From Longimicrobiales bacterium (GTDB lineage Bacteria > Gemmatimonadota > Gemmatimonadetes > Longimicrobiales > Gaopeijiaceae): 64,000 nucleotides of DNA. How positions within the stretch are numbered: position 1 is the first letter of the stretch; every line of letters begins with the position of its first letter. Where the stretch lies: contig CAXXKM010000003.1 of the NCBI GenBank assembly GCA_963664435.2, forward strand, positions 1,344,001-1,408,000. Direction: 5' to 3'. Positions 29,867-39,656 of this stretch are shown here, in pieces. Under the pieces are notes generated by a model, which was given only the letters and a program-made list of their open reading frames with translations, did no database searches and was not told where the DNA came from. Position numbers and translations under genes: made by a program.

Positions 29867-30667
29867 CTACCCCGCCTGAACGGAGTCCGACGGCGGGTCG
29901 GCCGCAGCTGAGATCCTCTCCTCCCGCTTGCGGTAGATCATGACCGAGAGCAGGATCGAGAATTCGTACAGAATGATCAGCGGCACCATCATGAGCAGCG
30001 TCACCATGATGACGTCACCCGGGGAGATGAGCGCCGCGACAATCGTGATCAGCAGGATGGCGTGCCGGCGCTTGTCGCGCAGGAACGCCGGCGTCACGAG
30101 GCCCAGAACGCTCAGGATCATGACCACCACGGGCAACTCGAAGATGATGCCGAACGCCACCAGGAGCTGAATGGTGAATCCGAAGTAGTCCTGGGCGGTC
30201 CACTGGGGCATCATGATTTCCGTCTGGAACCCGACCAGGAAATCCAGGCTGATCGGCAGCGCGATGTAGTAGGCCATCACCACGCCCAGAACGAAGAGCA
30301 CCAGGCCCATGTAGAGGGAGGGAACGATGACCCGCTTCTCGGCCTTCTTGAGCGCCGGCGCCAGAAACGACCAGATTTGATAGACGATGATGGGGAACAC
30401 CAGGAGGAACCCGACCAGGATCCCGTACTTGAGCGTAATGAAGAACGCGTCCGTGGGTCTCAGATTGATGAGCATCTGATCCTCGCCGAACAGCGCCTGG
30501 TAGGGCTGGAACAGGATGTCCATCGCGCGGCCGTAGTGAACCAGCAGGAACCCCGCCACTGCCCCGATCGCCAGCGCCAGCAGGCTCCACAGGATGCGCC
30601 AGCGAAGCTCCTCAAGGTGGTCGAGAAAAGGCATCTCTCCGGCAGGGTTCGGGGTTTTGCTGGGCAT
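29867..30667 (-). CDS. tatC: Twin-arginine translocase TatC
   Basis: MPFLDHLEELRWR, YQIWSFLAPAL, FGIIFELP, SPGD, LYEFSI. Confidence 0.97.
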   Translation of the reverse strand: MPSKTPNPAGEMPFLDHLEELRWRILWSLLALAIGAVAGFLLVHYGRAMDILFQPYQALFGEDQMLINLRPTDAFFITLKYGILVGFLLVFPIIVYQIWSFLAPALKKAEKRVIVPSLYMGLVLFVLGVVMAYYIALPISLDFLVGFQTEIMMPQWTAQDYFGFTIQLLVAFGIIFELPVVVMILSVLGLVTPAFLRDKRRHAILLITIVAALISPGDVIMVTLLMMVPLIILYEFSILLSVMIYRKREERISAAADPPSDSVQAG

Positions 30668-30777
30668 GCGATGAGACTCCGCGGGTTACGGCCCGACCGA
30701 TGATCACGGAAAGATAATGACTCGACGGCGGAGGAACGGCGCCGGCAGCAGGCTTCCGCTGACGTTCCGCTCGCGCG

Positions 30778-31275
30778 TCAGATCGGAAGCTCGACCTGGT
30801 CCCTGGCCCGAAGGCTGCGTTCCCGCCGGAGGTTCAGGTCCGCGATCATCTCTTGGAACTCTTGGATATCCTGGAAGTTCCTGTACACGGAGGCGAAGCG
30901 GACGTAGGCAACCCGATCGAGCGGTTTGAGCGCTTCCATCACCATCTCGCCGATACGCGAACTCCGGACCTCACCGCCCCCCTCCACGGTGAGCGTGTAC
31001 TGGATGTTCCCGGCGATGGCGTCGATGGTGGAAGGGGAGACGGGGCGCTTGGCACAGGCCACCTGGATGCTGCGCACGAGTTTCGCGCGCTCGAAGTCCT
31101 CGGAGTCGCCGCGCGCCTTCAGGACCCGCAGCGGCCGCTCCTGGATGTACTCGTAGGTCGTGAATCGGCCACGGCACTCCTTGCATTCCCGGCGGCGGCG
31201 CACAGCCTGCCCCTGCCCGGTCGAGCGCGTATCAACCACGTGATTGTCGCGGCAACCACAGTGAGGACACCGCAT
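30778..31275 (-). CDS. nrdR: Transcriptional repressor NrdR
   Basis: Zinc ribbon CPHC...RRRRECKEC..RFTTYE, ATP cone, VAYVRFASVY. Confidence 0.98.
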   Translation of the reverse strand: MRCPHCGCRDNHVVDTRSTGQGQAVRRRRECKECRGRFTTYEYIQERPLRVLKARGDSEDFERAKLVRSIQVACAKRPVSPSTIDAIAGNIQYTLTVEGGGEVRSSRIGEMVMEALKPLDRVAYVRFASVYRNFQDIQEFQEMIADLNLRRERSLRARDQVELPI

Positions 31276-31330
31276 CCCGCACCTCCCGAGGGAACGTCGC
31301 TGGCGGGCAGCGCCGGCAGACCCTACAGCC

Positions 31331-32146
31331 TTATCGCAGCCGCCCGGTGACCTGCGCCTCCCCGGACCCGCCCTGGGGGATCTCCTGAAGTTTCTGCTGC
31401 GCGTCCTCCGCGACGTCGGAGTCGGGGAACCCGCTGATCACTCGTTCCAGCAGGTTGCGGGCCTCTTCCGTATCTCCGAGCTCGTCGTGGAGAAGCGCGG
31501 CACGGTAGAGCGCCTCCGGAACCCTCGGGGAGTCCGGGTACATCATGGGAACGCGCATGAACCCCTCGATCGCGTCCTCGAGGCGTTCCTCCTGCAGGTC
31601 GAGGTCGGAGAGGAAAAAGGTCGCGTCCCCGGCGAGTTCGTGATTCGGGTAGTTGGCGAGGAACTCGTCGAAACCGCGGCGAGCGGTGACGTTCGAGCCC
31701 CGGTTGTACATCACCAGGGCTGCCTCGAAATGCGCGTCGGGCCCTTCGACATCCTCCAACGGAAGCCCGACGTCGCCCGAGTCCTGAACGACGACGGGCG
31801 CCCGCTGCATCATTTCGACCTGGTCGCGCAGGGAGGCCATGGCTCGCTGGCTCTGGCCTTCAACCTCGATGAGGATCAGGATCTGCTGGAGGAGTTCATC
31901 CAGCCTCTGCAGTACCTCTCGGCGCAACTCCAGATAGAGACCCGTCTGGCCCGAAAGGGTGTCCTGACCGGCGCGAACCAGCGTCTCGAAGTCGGCCAGA
32001 TCCCTCGCCTGGCGATCGGCGAGCGCGCCGACCTCCTCCTGCAGGACGCGGATGTCCCCCTTGGTGGCGCATCCCGCGCCCGCCAGCACCCCGATCAGGG
32101 CGATCAGGACGACATGTCGCGGCACGGCGGTCGTATCCCGACGCAC
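31331..32146 (-). CDS. cpoB: Tol-Pal-associated TPR protein CpoB/YbgF
   Basis: Lipobox AGC, coiled coil, TPRs (FLANYP, YPDSPRVPEALY); directly after pal. Confidence 0.85.
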   Translation of the reverse strand: MRRDTTAVPRHVVLIALIGVLAGAGCATKGDIRVLQEEVGALADRQARDLADFETLVRAGQDTLSGQTGLYLELRREVLQRLDELLQQILILIEVEGQSQRAMASLRDQVEMMQRAPVVVQDSGDVGLPLEDVEGPDAHFEAALVMYNRGSNVTARRGFDEFLANYPNHELAGDATFFLSDLDLQEERLEDAIEGFMRVPMMYPDSPRVPEALYRAALLHDELGDTEEARNLLERVISGFPDSDVAEDAQQKLQEIPQGGSGEAQVTGRLR

Positions 32147-32178
32147 TTACCCGGCCAGGCCGATTCCGGGTCGCGCGA

Positions 32179-32763
32179 CTACTGGCCGCCGCCCGGAACC
32201 TGGATCTGATTGCCTCCAGCCGTGATCACGAACTCGTCGCGCCGGTTCTGTGCCCAGGATTGTTCGTTGCTGCCCTGCTCGCGGGGGCGCTCTTCGCCGT
32301 AGGAACGGACCTCGAAGCGCGATTCGCCAAGCCCGGCGTTGACCAGGAACTGGCGCACGGCCTCCGCGCGCCGGCTTCCCAGGGCCAGATTGTACTCCGA
32401 GGATCCGCGCTCGTCCGCGTGTCCCTCGATGCGAAGCCGGACCGCGGGGCTCGCGCGCAGTACGTCGACCTTCCGCTGGAGCACGCCTTCGGCGTCGTTG
32501 CGAATCGCGGCCATGTCGAAGTCGAAGAAGACCATCGCCGTGAGGGCCTCGCGCGCGGCCTCAAGCGCGGCAGCACGGCGAGCCTCCTCTTCGGCCGCCC
32601 TGCGGGCCGCTTCTTCCGCCGCTCTGCGAGCCGCGTCGATCGAATCCTGGTTCGGGCCCTCTTCGACGGGCGGCGGTGGGGGAGGAGGAATCTCCTCCTG
32701 TCCGCACGCAGCGACGAACAGTCCGGCCGCAACGACGGAAATGATGAGACTGCGGTGCAACAT
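32179..32763 (-). CDS. pal: Peptidoglycan-associated lipoprotein
   Basis: Lipobox VAAC, FFDFD, IEGHADERGSSEYNLALG.RRA, SYGEERP, QNRR. Confidence 0.96.
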   Translation of the reverse strand: MLHRSLIISVVAAGLFVAACGQEEIPPPPPPPVEEGPNQDSIDAARRAAEEAARRAAEEEARRAAALEAAREALTAMVFFDFDMAAIRNDAEGVLQRKVDVLRASPAVRLRIEGHADERGSSEYNLALGSRRAEAVRQFLVNAGLGESRFEVRSYGEERPREQGSNEQSWAQNRRDEFVITAGGNQIQVPGGGQ

Positions 32764-32892
32764 CGCTACTCCTGGAATATGGGGTTCGGTGTCGGATACC
32801 AAGTGTGCGCCGGAATCAGCCATATACCTACGATATCGGACGCCCGCGCGCAATATCCCGCGCGGCCTGCCCGTGCGCGGCGGATGGCCAGC

Positions 32893-34323
32893 TCAGTTCT
32901 CCCGGGTCGGGGGCTGGCTCGACGCCAGACTGGGTGACCAGTCGGGTACGCGCGGCCTCACGCCCGAGAGCACGGAACGAATCCTTCCGCTCACCGTGTC
33001 CACGACGAAGAGCCCGAATCCCCAGTCCCGTTCTCCCACGAAGACCAGGTGCCGCCCATCCGGCGCCCAGCTGGGGTCCTCGTTGTTGCCCTCGTAGGTC
33101 AGCTGCAGCAGCCGTTGTCCCTGTGCCGCCACATCGGCGATGAGGATGTGGTAGCTGCCCCGGCGGTAGCGGCCGTGGAAGGCGACCCGGTCGCCGGACG
33201 GCGCCCAGTCGGGCGAGGTATAGTAGCCGCCCTGTCCGTAGAGGTAGGGAGAAACCAGGTCCGGTCGGCCGCCGGCCTCCGCCGGCATCACGTAGATCTG
33301 CGGGATGGCCACCCCCAGCCGGTTGGAGTTGAAGGCCAGACGCCTGCCGTCCGGTGAAAAAGTGGGCGACAGATCGTTCCAGCGCCCGCCGGTGAGGCGC
33401 CACAGGCAGCAGTTCTCGCGGACGCGCCAGGAGAAGAGACCGCTCTCGGCGCCGTCTGCCAGGGAAAAGAGGATCTCCTCCCCGTTCGGATGATACACCG
33501 GGGTCATCGGCTGCCCGGTGCGGTTGAACTCGAGGACCCGCGACTGCCCCGTGGCGAGTTCCATTTCGTGGATGGCCGGATCCTCGCTTGCGAACGACAG
33601 GAAGGCCAGGCGGGAGCCGTCCGGGGACCACGAACAGGACATGGTGAGGGAGTTGAAGTTGGTGAGCCGCCGCAGGTTCTCGCCGTCCGAGTCGACCACG
33701 TAGAGCTCCTGGGAACCGGAGGCCGATTCCATCGAAAAGCAGATCCGGCTGGCGGCCATCCCGGGCTCCCCGGTAATCCATCGGACGACGTCGTCGGAGA
33801 TCGCGTGGACCGCCATGCGGAAGTCTTCCGCGTCGGGGCGCGGAAGCGAAAAGCGCGCCCGTTCCCTGACTTCCGAGAAGACGACGTCGTGAAGCTCCAG
33901 GACCAGCACGAAGCGGTCGCCCAGCCCTTCGACCTGGCCGGTCACGAGCCAGTCGGCGCCGAACTGGTCCCAGAGGCCGTAATCCACCGCTCCGCCGCCG
34001 GGCGCGAGGGGAATCGAGTCCATCATCTCGAACCGGTCGCTGTAGCGCAGGTCGCGGGCGATCACGGCTTCGACCCGGGGCGCGACCGTCAGGCCGCCGA
34101 AACGGCCCGTGAAGGTGCTGATCGCCAGGGTGGGCACATAGCTCTCGTAGACCACCCCCAGATGGCGCACCGTGCCCGGGATGGTGTCGACCTGGGCAGC
34201 CGCCTGGCCGGCGCTGGTCGCCAGCAGGAGCATCAGAAGGGCCGTGCCTCCAGGCAGGGGCGGGCGGGGTCCGCCCGGGTTGACCTGTCGGACCTGATTT
34301 GCGTTCCGGACGCCTGTCCTCAT
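32893..34323 (-). CDS. tolB: Tol-Pal beta-propeller protein TolB
   Basis: PD40 repeats (WSPDG, FSPDG, PSWAPDG), N-terminal TolB domain; start uncertain. Confidence 0.92.
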   Translation of the reverse strand: MRTGVRNANQVRQVNPGGPRPPLPGGTALLMLLLATSAGQAAAQVDTIPGTVRHLGVVYESYVPTLAISTFTGRFGGLTVAPRVEAVIARDLRYSDRFEMMDSIPLAPGGGAVDYGLWDQFGADWLVTGQVEGLGDRFVLVLELHDVVFSEVRERARFSLPRPDAEDFRMAVHAISDDVVRWITGEPGMAASRICFSMESASGSQELYVVDSDGENLRRLTNFNSLTMSCSWSPDGSRLAFLSFASEDPAIHEMELATGQSRVLEFNRTGQPMTPVYHPNGEEILFSLADGAESGLFSWRVRENCCLWRLTGGRWNDLSPTFSPDGRRLAFNSNRLGVAIPQIYVMPAEAGGRPDLVSPYLYGQGGYYTSPDWAPSGDRVAFHGRYRRGSYHILIADVAAQGQRLLQLTYEGNNEDPSWAPDGRHLVFVGERDWGFGLFVVDTVSGRIRSVLSGVRPRVPDWSPSLASSQPPTREN

Positions 34324-34336
34324 GTGACCATCCTCC

Positions 34337-35101
34337 CTACGCAGCCGGAGACGACCCTGGATGGGCCGGGGACTCCGTCGGCGGCCGGCGCCGCGCCGGG
34401 CTGAATGTGAACCGGAACGGTGCGTGTTCAAGCCCCATCTCCGGCGGCAGCGGACCGAAGCGTCCACCTCCGGCGCACTCGACGGCCTCCCGGACGGCCA
34501 GGTTGAAGACCACGCTCCTCGATGCCTCGGAAATGCGAACCGTCGTGTCGATCACCTTGCCCTCCCGGTCGAGCACGAAGTCGACCGAAGCGGTCAGATC
34601 GGCTCTCCCGGGCGGACGGAAGCAGCGCCGCATCTGCCGCTGCATGTTGGCGTAGTACTGTGGGAAATCCCGTTCCACGCCCCTCATGCGGACGTCGAGA
34701 TCGTCGGTGCCCGTGCCGGGTTCATCGATGGGCGCAGGCTGGGCTTCCTCCTCCACCGGCTGTGCGTCCGGTACCGGCTCCGGGGCGTCGGGGCGCGGTT
34801 CCGGCTCCGGCTCCGGTTCGTCCTCCAGTACCGCCGCGGATTCCTCCTCGGGAAGGGGCTCGGGCTCGGGGGTGTCGACGGTGAGCTCCTCCTCCTCCGG
34901 AGCCGGGGCGGGTTCGACCTCGGAAGCGGGCGCGGGCATGGCGACCAGTTCCAGTTCTATGGTCACCAGCTGCACCGGCTCGGGCTGCATGTTGGTCGCC
35001 ACAACCAGCATCAGGAAAAACCCGTGGAGGCCAACCGAGAAGAGAACCGGAGATCGGCCCGGCCCGTCCCTTCGCCGTCGTGCGCTTCGGTCCACCGCCA
35101 C
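34337..35101 (-). CDS. TolA/TonB-like energy transducer
   Basis: TM with SVGLH (SHLS-like), Pro/Glu linker, C-terminal TonB_2-like domain; between tolR and tolB. Confidence 0.8.
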   Translation of the reverse strand: MAVDRSARRRRDGPGRSPVLFSVGLHGFFLMLVVATNMQPEPVQLVTIELELVAMPAPASEVEPAPAPEEEELTVDTPEPEPLPEEESAAVLEDEPEPEPEPRPDAPEPVPDAQPVEEEAQPAPIDEPGTGTDDLDVRMRGVERDFPQYYANMQRQMRRCFRPPGRADLTASVDFVLDREGKVIDTTVRISEASRSVVFNLAVREAVECAGGGRFGPLPPEMGLEHAPFRFTFSPARRRPPTESPAHPGSSPAA

Positions 35102-35109
35102 TCCTCGTG

Positions 35110-35547
35110 CTATCGGCTCGCGTCGGGCTCGGCAACGATCGCGAAGCGGATTCCTTCCTGGCGCGCCAGGTCCTGGACCCTCGCGAAGACCCGCACCATG
35201 TCGCCATGATACGCAAGGGAGTCACCCCGAATGTAGATCTGCCCGACGTTCCGCGCAGTCACCGCCTGGGAAAGCACGTCCGGGAAGTCGTCGTAGGGCA
35301 CGACCGTCTCGGAGATCACGATCTCGCCGTTGGCGCGAACCGCGACGATCAGGGGCTCCTCGTCCGCGGTCAGAGGCGCCACATCGGCCCGCGGCACGCC
35401 CACCTCGATGCCCCCCTGGAGGATCGGGGCCGTGATGATGAAGATCACCAGCAGCGTGAAGGCGACGTCCACCAGGGAGGTCACGTTGATCTCCGCGCGC
35501 AACGGCAGATCCTCGCGGCGTCCCCGGGACCGGCGGTCGTGGCTCAA
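35110..35547 (-). CDS. tolR: TolR/ExbD
   Basis: EINVTSLVDVAFTLLVIFIITAP, YIRGD. Confidence 0.92.
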   Translation of the reverse strand: MSHDRRSRGRREDLPLRAEINVTSLVDVAFTLLVIFIITAPILQGGIEVGVPRADVAPLTADEEPLIVAVRANGEIVISETVVPYDDFPDVLSQAVTARNVGQIYIRGDSLAYHGDMVRVFARVQDLARQEGIRFAIVAEPDASR

Positions 35548-36266
35548 ACGTGGCCCTCCCGCGCGAGCGTGCCGATGAACTCGCTCGAGAACCCCTCGAG
35601 TTCACCCGTGACCAGGTTCAACCGCGAAACGTAGTAGTTGTAGGCGATGACCGCGGGGATGGCGACGAAGAGCCCGGTCATGGTGGTCAGCAGCGCCTCC
35701 GCCACCCCCGGCGCCACGGCGGCGATGTTCGCCGAGCCGCTCGCGGTGATTCCCCGGAAGGTGTTCATGATGCCGATGACGGTTCCCATCAGCCCGAGCA
35801 GGGGTGAGATGGAGCCGATGACCGCGAGCCACGTGAGCCCGTGGGCAAGGTCGTCGCGCTCGTCGGATTCCTCCTTCTGCAGCACCATCCGAAGCGTGTC
35901 CAGCTGTACCTGGGTCAGTCCTTCCCTCGCGGACACGCCTTCGCGCAGCGCTCCCGGCCGCAGCTCGCTGAAGAAGTTCACCCCGTGTCGGAAGAGACGG
36001 CCGTAGGGGGACTCCGGAAGGGCCAGGATCGCGGTATAGGCCTCTTCGAGCCCGCGCGCATTGGACACCGCGTCCAGGAACTGGTTGCCCTGGGTCTGAA
36101 CTCGACGAAACTGGAGGTACTTCCAGCCGATCACGTACCAGCTTGCCAGGGAAAACACCCCGAGCACGGCCAGCACCACCAGGGTCGGAGCGCTCGCTCC
36201 GACGACCATGTCCAGCAAGGTTGCCGGGGGGCGGCTCTGGAGCGCGAGGATCCCGATCGCGGTCAT
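35544..36266 (-). CDS. tolQ: TolQ/ExbB proton channel
   Basis: SPLLGLMGTVIGI, VAPGVAEALLTT.TGL.VAIPA.IAYN. Confidence 0.94.
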   Translation of the reverse strand: MTAIGILALQSRPPATLLDMVVGASAPTLVVLAVLGVFSLASWYVIGWKYLQFRRVQTQGNQFLDAVSNARGLEEAYTAILALPESPYGRLFRHGVNFFSELRPGALREGVSAREGLTQVQLDTLRMVLQKEESDERDDLAHGLTWLAVIGSISPLLGLMGTVIGIMNTFRGITASGSANIAAVAPGVAEALLTTMTGLFVAIPAVIAYNYYVSRLNLVTGELEGFSSEFIGTLAREGHV

Positions 36267-36395
36267 TGGGCTTCAGTTCTCCGGCTCTTCAGGGGTGACG
36301 GGGCCGGGAATGGACGGCGGCCCGGGCGATGACGAAATCCGGGACACACTACCCCCGCTCGCTCCGCGGGATCCTGGCGTGTCCGGGCCCGGCGA

Positions 36396-37157
36396 TCACG
36401 GTCCGGCGGCCCCCGCCCTCCAGGGACGCAGGTACTCCGGCTCCCACGCGCGCGCGTTCGCTACGGGTGGCCCGGGCATGAGCGTGAAGAGGCGCGCGAG
36501 CCCTTCGGCGGTGGGCAGTCCGACCGGGGGCGCGACAACACGCCAGCCCTGCCGCCTGATCGCCGCGGCGTGGCGAAAGGCGCCGTCGCCCGCGAAGATC
36601 GCGCCTTCGGGAACGGCCGACGACAACACTTCGCCCAGGCGCGTGGCAGTCGGGGGGACCAGGATGTCCGCCGCGGCAGGCCCTACCCGGAAACAGCCCG
36701 CGTAGACCCGATCGGCGCGCGCGTCGAAGAGGACGTAGCACGGCGTGCCGGGCTCGCAAGGCTCCGCCCCCCGGTCCTCCTGCCTTTTGCGCCAGCCGGC
36801 CGGCCCGGACCAGCCGGCGGGCAGCCACACCCCTTCCGAAGCGGCGGCGGCGGCCAGGCTGGAATAGGTCCATATCGGCACCCCGCATCCCTCCGCCAGC
36901 CCCTTGGCGGTCGCCGCCGCGACGCGCACGCCGGTGAAGGATCCCGGGCCGCTTCCCACGACGATGCCGGCCAGATCGCCCAACTGGGCGCCGGAGGCCA
37001 CCAGCACCCCGCGAATGGCGGGCAGCAGGCGGGCGGCATGCCGGCGCGGACTGCGCAGGAAGGCGCGCGCAAGCACCTTGCCGTTCGCGGTCACGATGAC
37101 CGACCCCAGGCGCGACGACGTGTCGAAGGCGAGGATGGTGCGGCCGCGTCCGTTCAT
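36396..37157 (-). CDS. tsaB: tRNA t6A37 protein TsaB
   Basis: ILAFDTS, GPGSFTGVRV, DARADRVY, EPEYLR; ATGA overlap with tsaE. Confidence 0.93.
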   Translation of the reverse strand: MNGRGRTILAFDTSSRLGSVIVTANGKVLARAFLRSPRRHAARLLPAIRGVLVASGAQLGDLAGIVVGSGPGSFTGVRVAAATAKGLAEGCGVPIWTYSSLAAAAASEGVWLPAGWSGPAGWRKRQEDRGAEPCEPGTPCYVLFDARADRVYAGCFRVGPAAADILVPPTATRLGEVLSSAVPEGAIFAGDGAFRHAAAIRRQGWRVVAPPVGLPTAEGLARLFTLMPGPPVANARAWEPEYLRPWRAGAAGP

Positions 37158-37639
37158 CGATTCGGCAACGCGGGCGGGTTTCCTCTGCGCAGAACCTCCA
37201 CCGCGCGCACGTCGGCACCGGGCGCCGTTGCGCTCAGGGATATCTCCCAGTGGTCCGGCGGAAGCACGGCCCGCGCCCTCTCCGGCCATTCGACGATCAC
37301 GATTTCACGCGGGACGCCGAGCTCGAACCAGCCCAGCTCCGCCAGTTCGGACTCGTCGTTCAGGCGATACAGATCCATGTGCACGATGGTGCGTCCCCCC
37401 GTCCCGGGATAGCGGAAGACCAGATTGAAGGTCGGGGAGGGCAAGGCCCCGCGCACCCCCGCCCCGCGGGCCACCGCCCTGGCCAGGACCGACTTCCCCG
37501 CACCCACCGGACCGCGCAGCATCAGAAACACCGGAGGCCTGACCGAGGATCCGATGCGCCGGCCCCACCGCGCCAACTCCTCCTCGCTCAGCACCAACTG
37601 CGTCTGCGCGACCGGGGCTTCCGCCCTGTCAGGGGGCAT
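37154..37639 (-). CDS. tsaE: tRNA t6A37 ATPase TsaE
   Basis: GPVGAGKS, SPTF, HMDLYRL, IVEW. Confidence 0.95.
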   Translation of the reverse strand: MPPDRAEAPVAQTQLVLSEEELARWGRRIGSSVRPPVFLMLRGPVGAGKSVLARAVARGAGVRGALPSPTFNLVFRYPGTGGRTIVHMDLYRLNDESELAELGWFELGVPREIVIVEWPERARAVLPPDHWEISLSATAPGADVRAVEVLRRGNPPALPNR

Positions 37640-37645
37640 CCCGGC

Positions 37646-39652
37646 CTACCTCTTCGCGGTTTCGCCCTCGAGCGACACCCGCAGCTCGAACAGCTGGTCC
37701 CGCAGCATCGCGGCCCGCTCGAACTCCAGCGCGTCGGACGCCCGGTTCATCTCCTCCTCCAGAATCTTCACGTACTCTTCACGGTTGACTTCGTCCGAAT
37801 AGCCCGACCGAGGCTCGGCCACCAGGGCCACCGGCTTTTCGCGCGCATCCGCCACGCGGGTGCTGAACTCGATCTCCTCCACGCTCTTCACGATGGTCTC
37901 CGGAGTGATCCGATGTTCCCTGTTGTAGGCCAGCTGAATCTCGCGCCGGCGGTCGGTCTCGTCGAGGCATCTCGCCATCGATTCGGTGATGGTGTCGGCA
38001 TACAGAATCGCCGTGCCGCGGACGTTGCGGGCGGCCCGGCCGATGGTCTGGATGAGCGAACGGGCGTCGCGCAGGAACCCTTCCTTGTCGGCGTCGAGAA
38101 TCGCGACCAGCGACACCTCCGGAAGATCGAGACCCTCGCGCAGCAGGTTGATGCCCACCAGCACGTCGATCCCGCCGAGCCGCAGTGCCCGCAGGATGTC
38201 CACGCGGTCGATGGTATTGATCTCCGAGTGCATGTAGCGCACCCGCACCCCCAGCGACTGCAGGTACTCGGAGAGGTCCTCCGCCATGCGCTTGGTCAGG
38301 GTGGTGACCAGGATGCGCTCCCCGCAGGCCGCCCGCTCGCGGATCTCGGCCAGCAGATCGTCGACCTGGCCACGCACGGGACGCACCTCCACCTCCGGGT
38401 CGACCAGCCCCGTGGGACGGATGATCTGCTCCACCACGACGCCGCGTGACAGCCCCAGCTCCATGTCGCCGGGGGTGGCCGACACGAAGACCGCCTGATC
38501 GAGCACGGACTCCCATTCCTCGTACCGGAGCGGCCGATTGTCCAGCGCGCTGGGCAGTCGAAAGCCGAACTCGACCAGGGTGTCCTTGCGCGCCTTGTCG
38601 CCGTTGAACATCCCGCGAATCTGCGGGAGGGACACGTGCGATTCGTCGACGATGGTGAGGAAATGGTCCGGGAAGTAGTCCAGGAGGCAGGACGGCCGTT
38701 CCCCCGCCTCGCGGCGGCTGATGAAGCGCGAGTAGTTTTCGATGCCGGGGCAGGTGCCCACCTCGAGCATCATCTCGATGTCGAAGTTGGTGCGGGATTC
38801 GAGCCGCTGCGCCTCCAGCAGCTTGCCCGCCCTGCGAAAGCGGTGCAGCTGATCGGCCAGCTCGTCGCGGATCAGGGGCACCGCCTCCTCTATGGTGCGC
38901 CGATGCGTGACGTAGTGGCTGGCGGGATAGATGGCGGTGCGGTTCAGGGATACGATCCCATCCCCCGTGAGGGGCTCGAAACGGGTGATTCGCTCGATTT
39001 CATCACCCCACAGCTCGATGCGGATACCCTGCTCCTCATAGGCGGGGAGAATCTCCACGGTGTCGCCCCGGACCCTGAAGGTGCCGCGCTCGAAGGCGAA
39101 GTCGTTGCGGCCGTACTGGATGTCGACCAACGCCCGCAGCAGCTCGTCGCGCGGCACGACCTCGCCGACGCGAGCTTCGAGCATCAGGGAGCGGTAGTCG
39201 GCTGGATTGCCGAGGCCGTAGATGCAGGAAACCGACGCCACCACGATGACATCGTCCCGTTCGAAAAGGGAGGAAGTGGACCGCAGGCGCAGCCGGTCGA
39301 TGTCCTCGTTGATGCTCGCGTCCTTCTCGATGTAGGTGTCCGTGGAGGGGACGTACGCTTCAGGCTGATAATAGTCGTAGTAGGAGACGAAATACTCGAC
39401 CGCATTGACGGGAAAGAGGGCCTTCAGCTCCCCGTAGAGCTGGGCCGCCAGAGTCTTGTTGTGGGACATGACGAGCGTCGGACGGCGATGGTTCCGGATG
39501 ACGTGCGCCATGGTGAGGGTCTTCCCGGTGCCGGTCGCCCCCAGCAGCGTCTGGAAGCGCGTGCCGCCCTCGAGCCCGGCCGACAGTTGCTCGATCGCGG
39601 AAGGCTGGTCTCCCGCGGGATCGAAGGAAGAGTGAATCTCGAACCGGGGCAC
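37646..39652 (-). CDS. uvrB: Excinuclease ABC subunit B
   Basis: [35 protein letters not shown]-terminal UVR domain. Confidence 0.99.
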   Translation of the reverse strand: MPRFEIHSSFDPAGDQPSAIEQLSAGLEGGTRFQTLLGATGTGKTLTMAHVIRNHRRPTLVMSHNKTLAAQLYGELKALFPVNAVEYFVSYYDYYQPEAYVPSTDTYIEKDASINEDIDRLRLRSTSSLFERDDVIVVASVSCIYGLGNPADYRSLMLEARVGEVVPRDELLRALVDIQYGRNDFAFERGTFRVRGDTVEILPAYEEQGIRIELWGDEIERITRFEPLTGDGIVSLNRTAIYPASHYVTHRRTIEEAVPLIRDELADQLHRFRRAGKLLEAQRLESRTNFDIEMMLEVGTCPGIENYSRFISRREAGERPSCLLDYFPDHFLTIVDESHVSLPQIRGMFNGDKARKDTLVEFGFRLPSALDNRPLRYEEWESVLDQAVFVSATPGDMELGLSRGVVVEQIIRPTGLVDPEVEVRPVRGQVDDLLAEIRERAACGERILVTTLTKRMAEDLSEYLQSLGVRVRYMHSEINTIDRVDILRALRLGGIDVLVGINLLREGLDLPEVSLVAILDADKEGFLRDARSLIQTIGRAARNVRGTAILYADTITESMARCLDETDRRREIQLAYNREHRITPETIVKSVEEIEFSTRVADAREKPVALVAEPRSGYSDEVNREEYVKILEEEMNRASDALEFERAAMLRDQLFELRVSLEGETAKR

Positions 39653-39656
39653 GGCG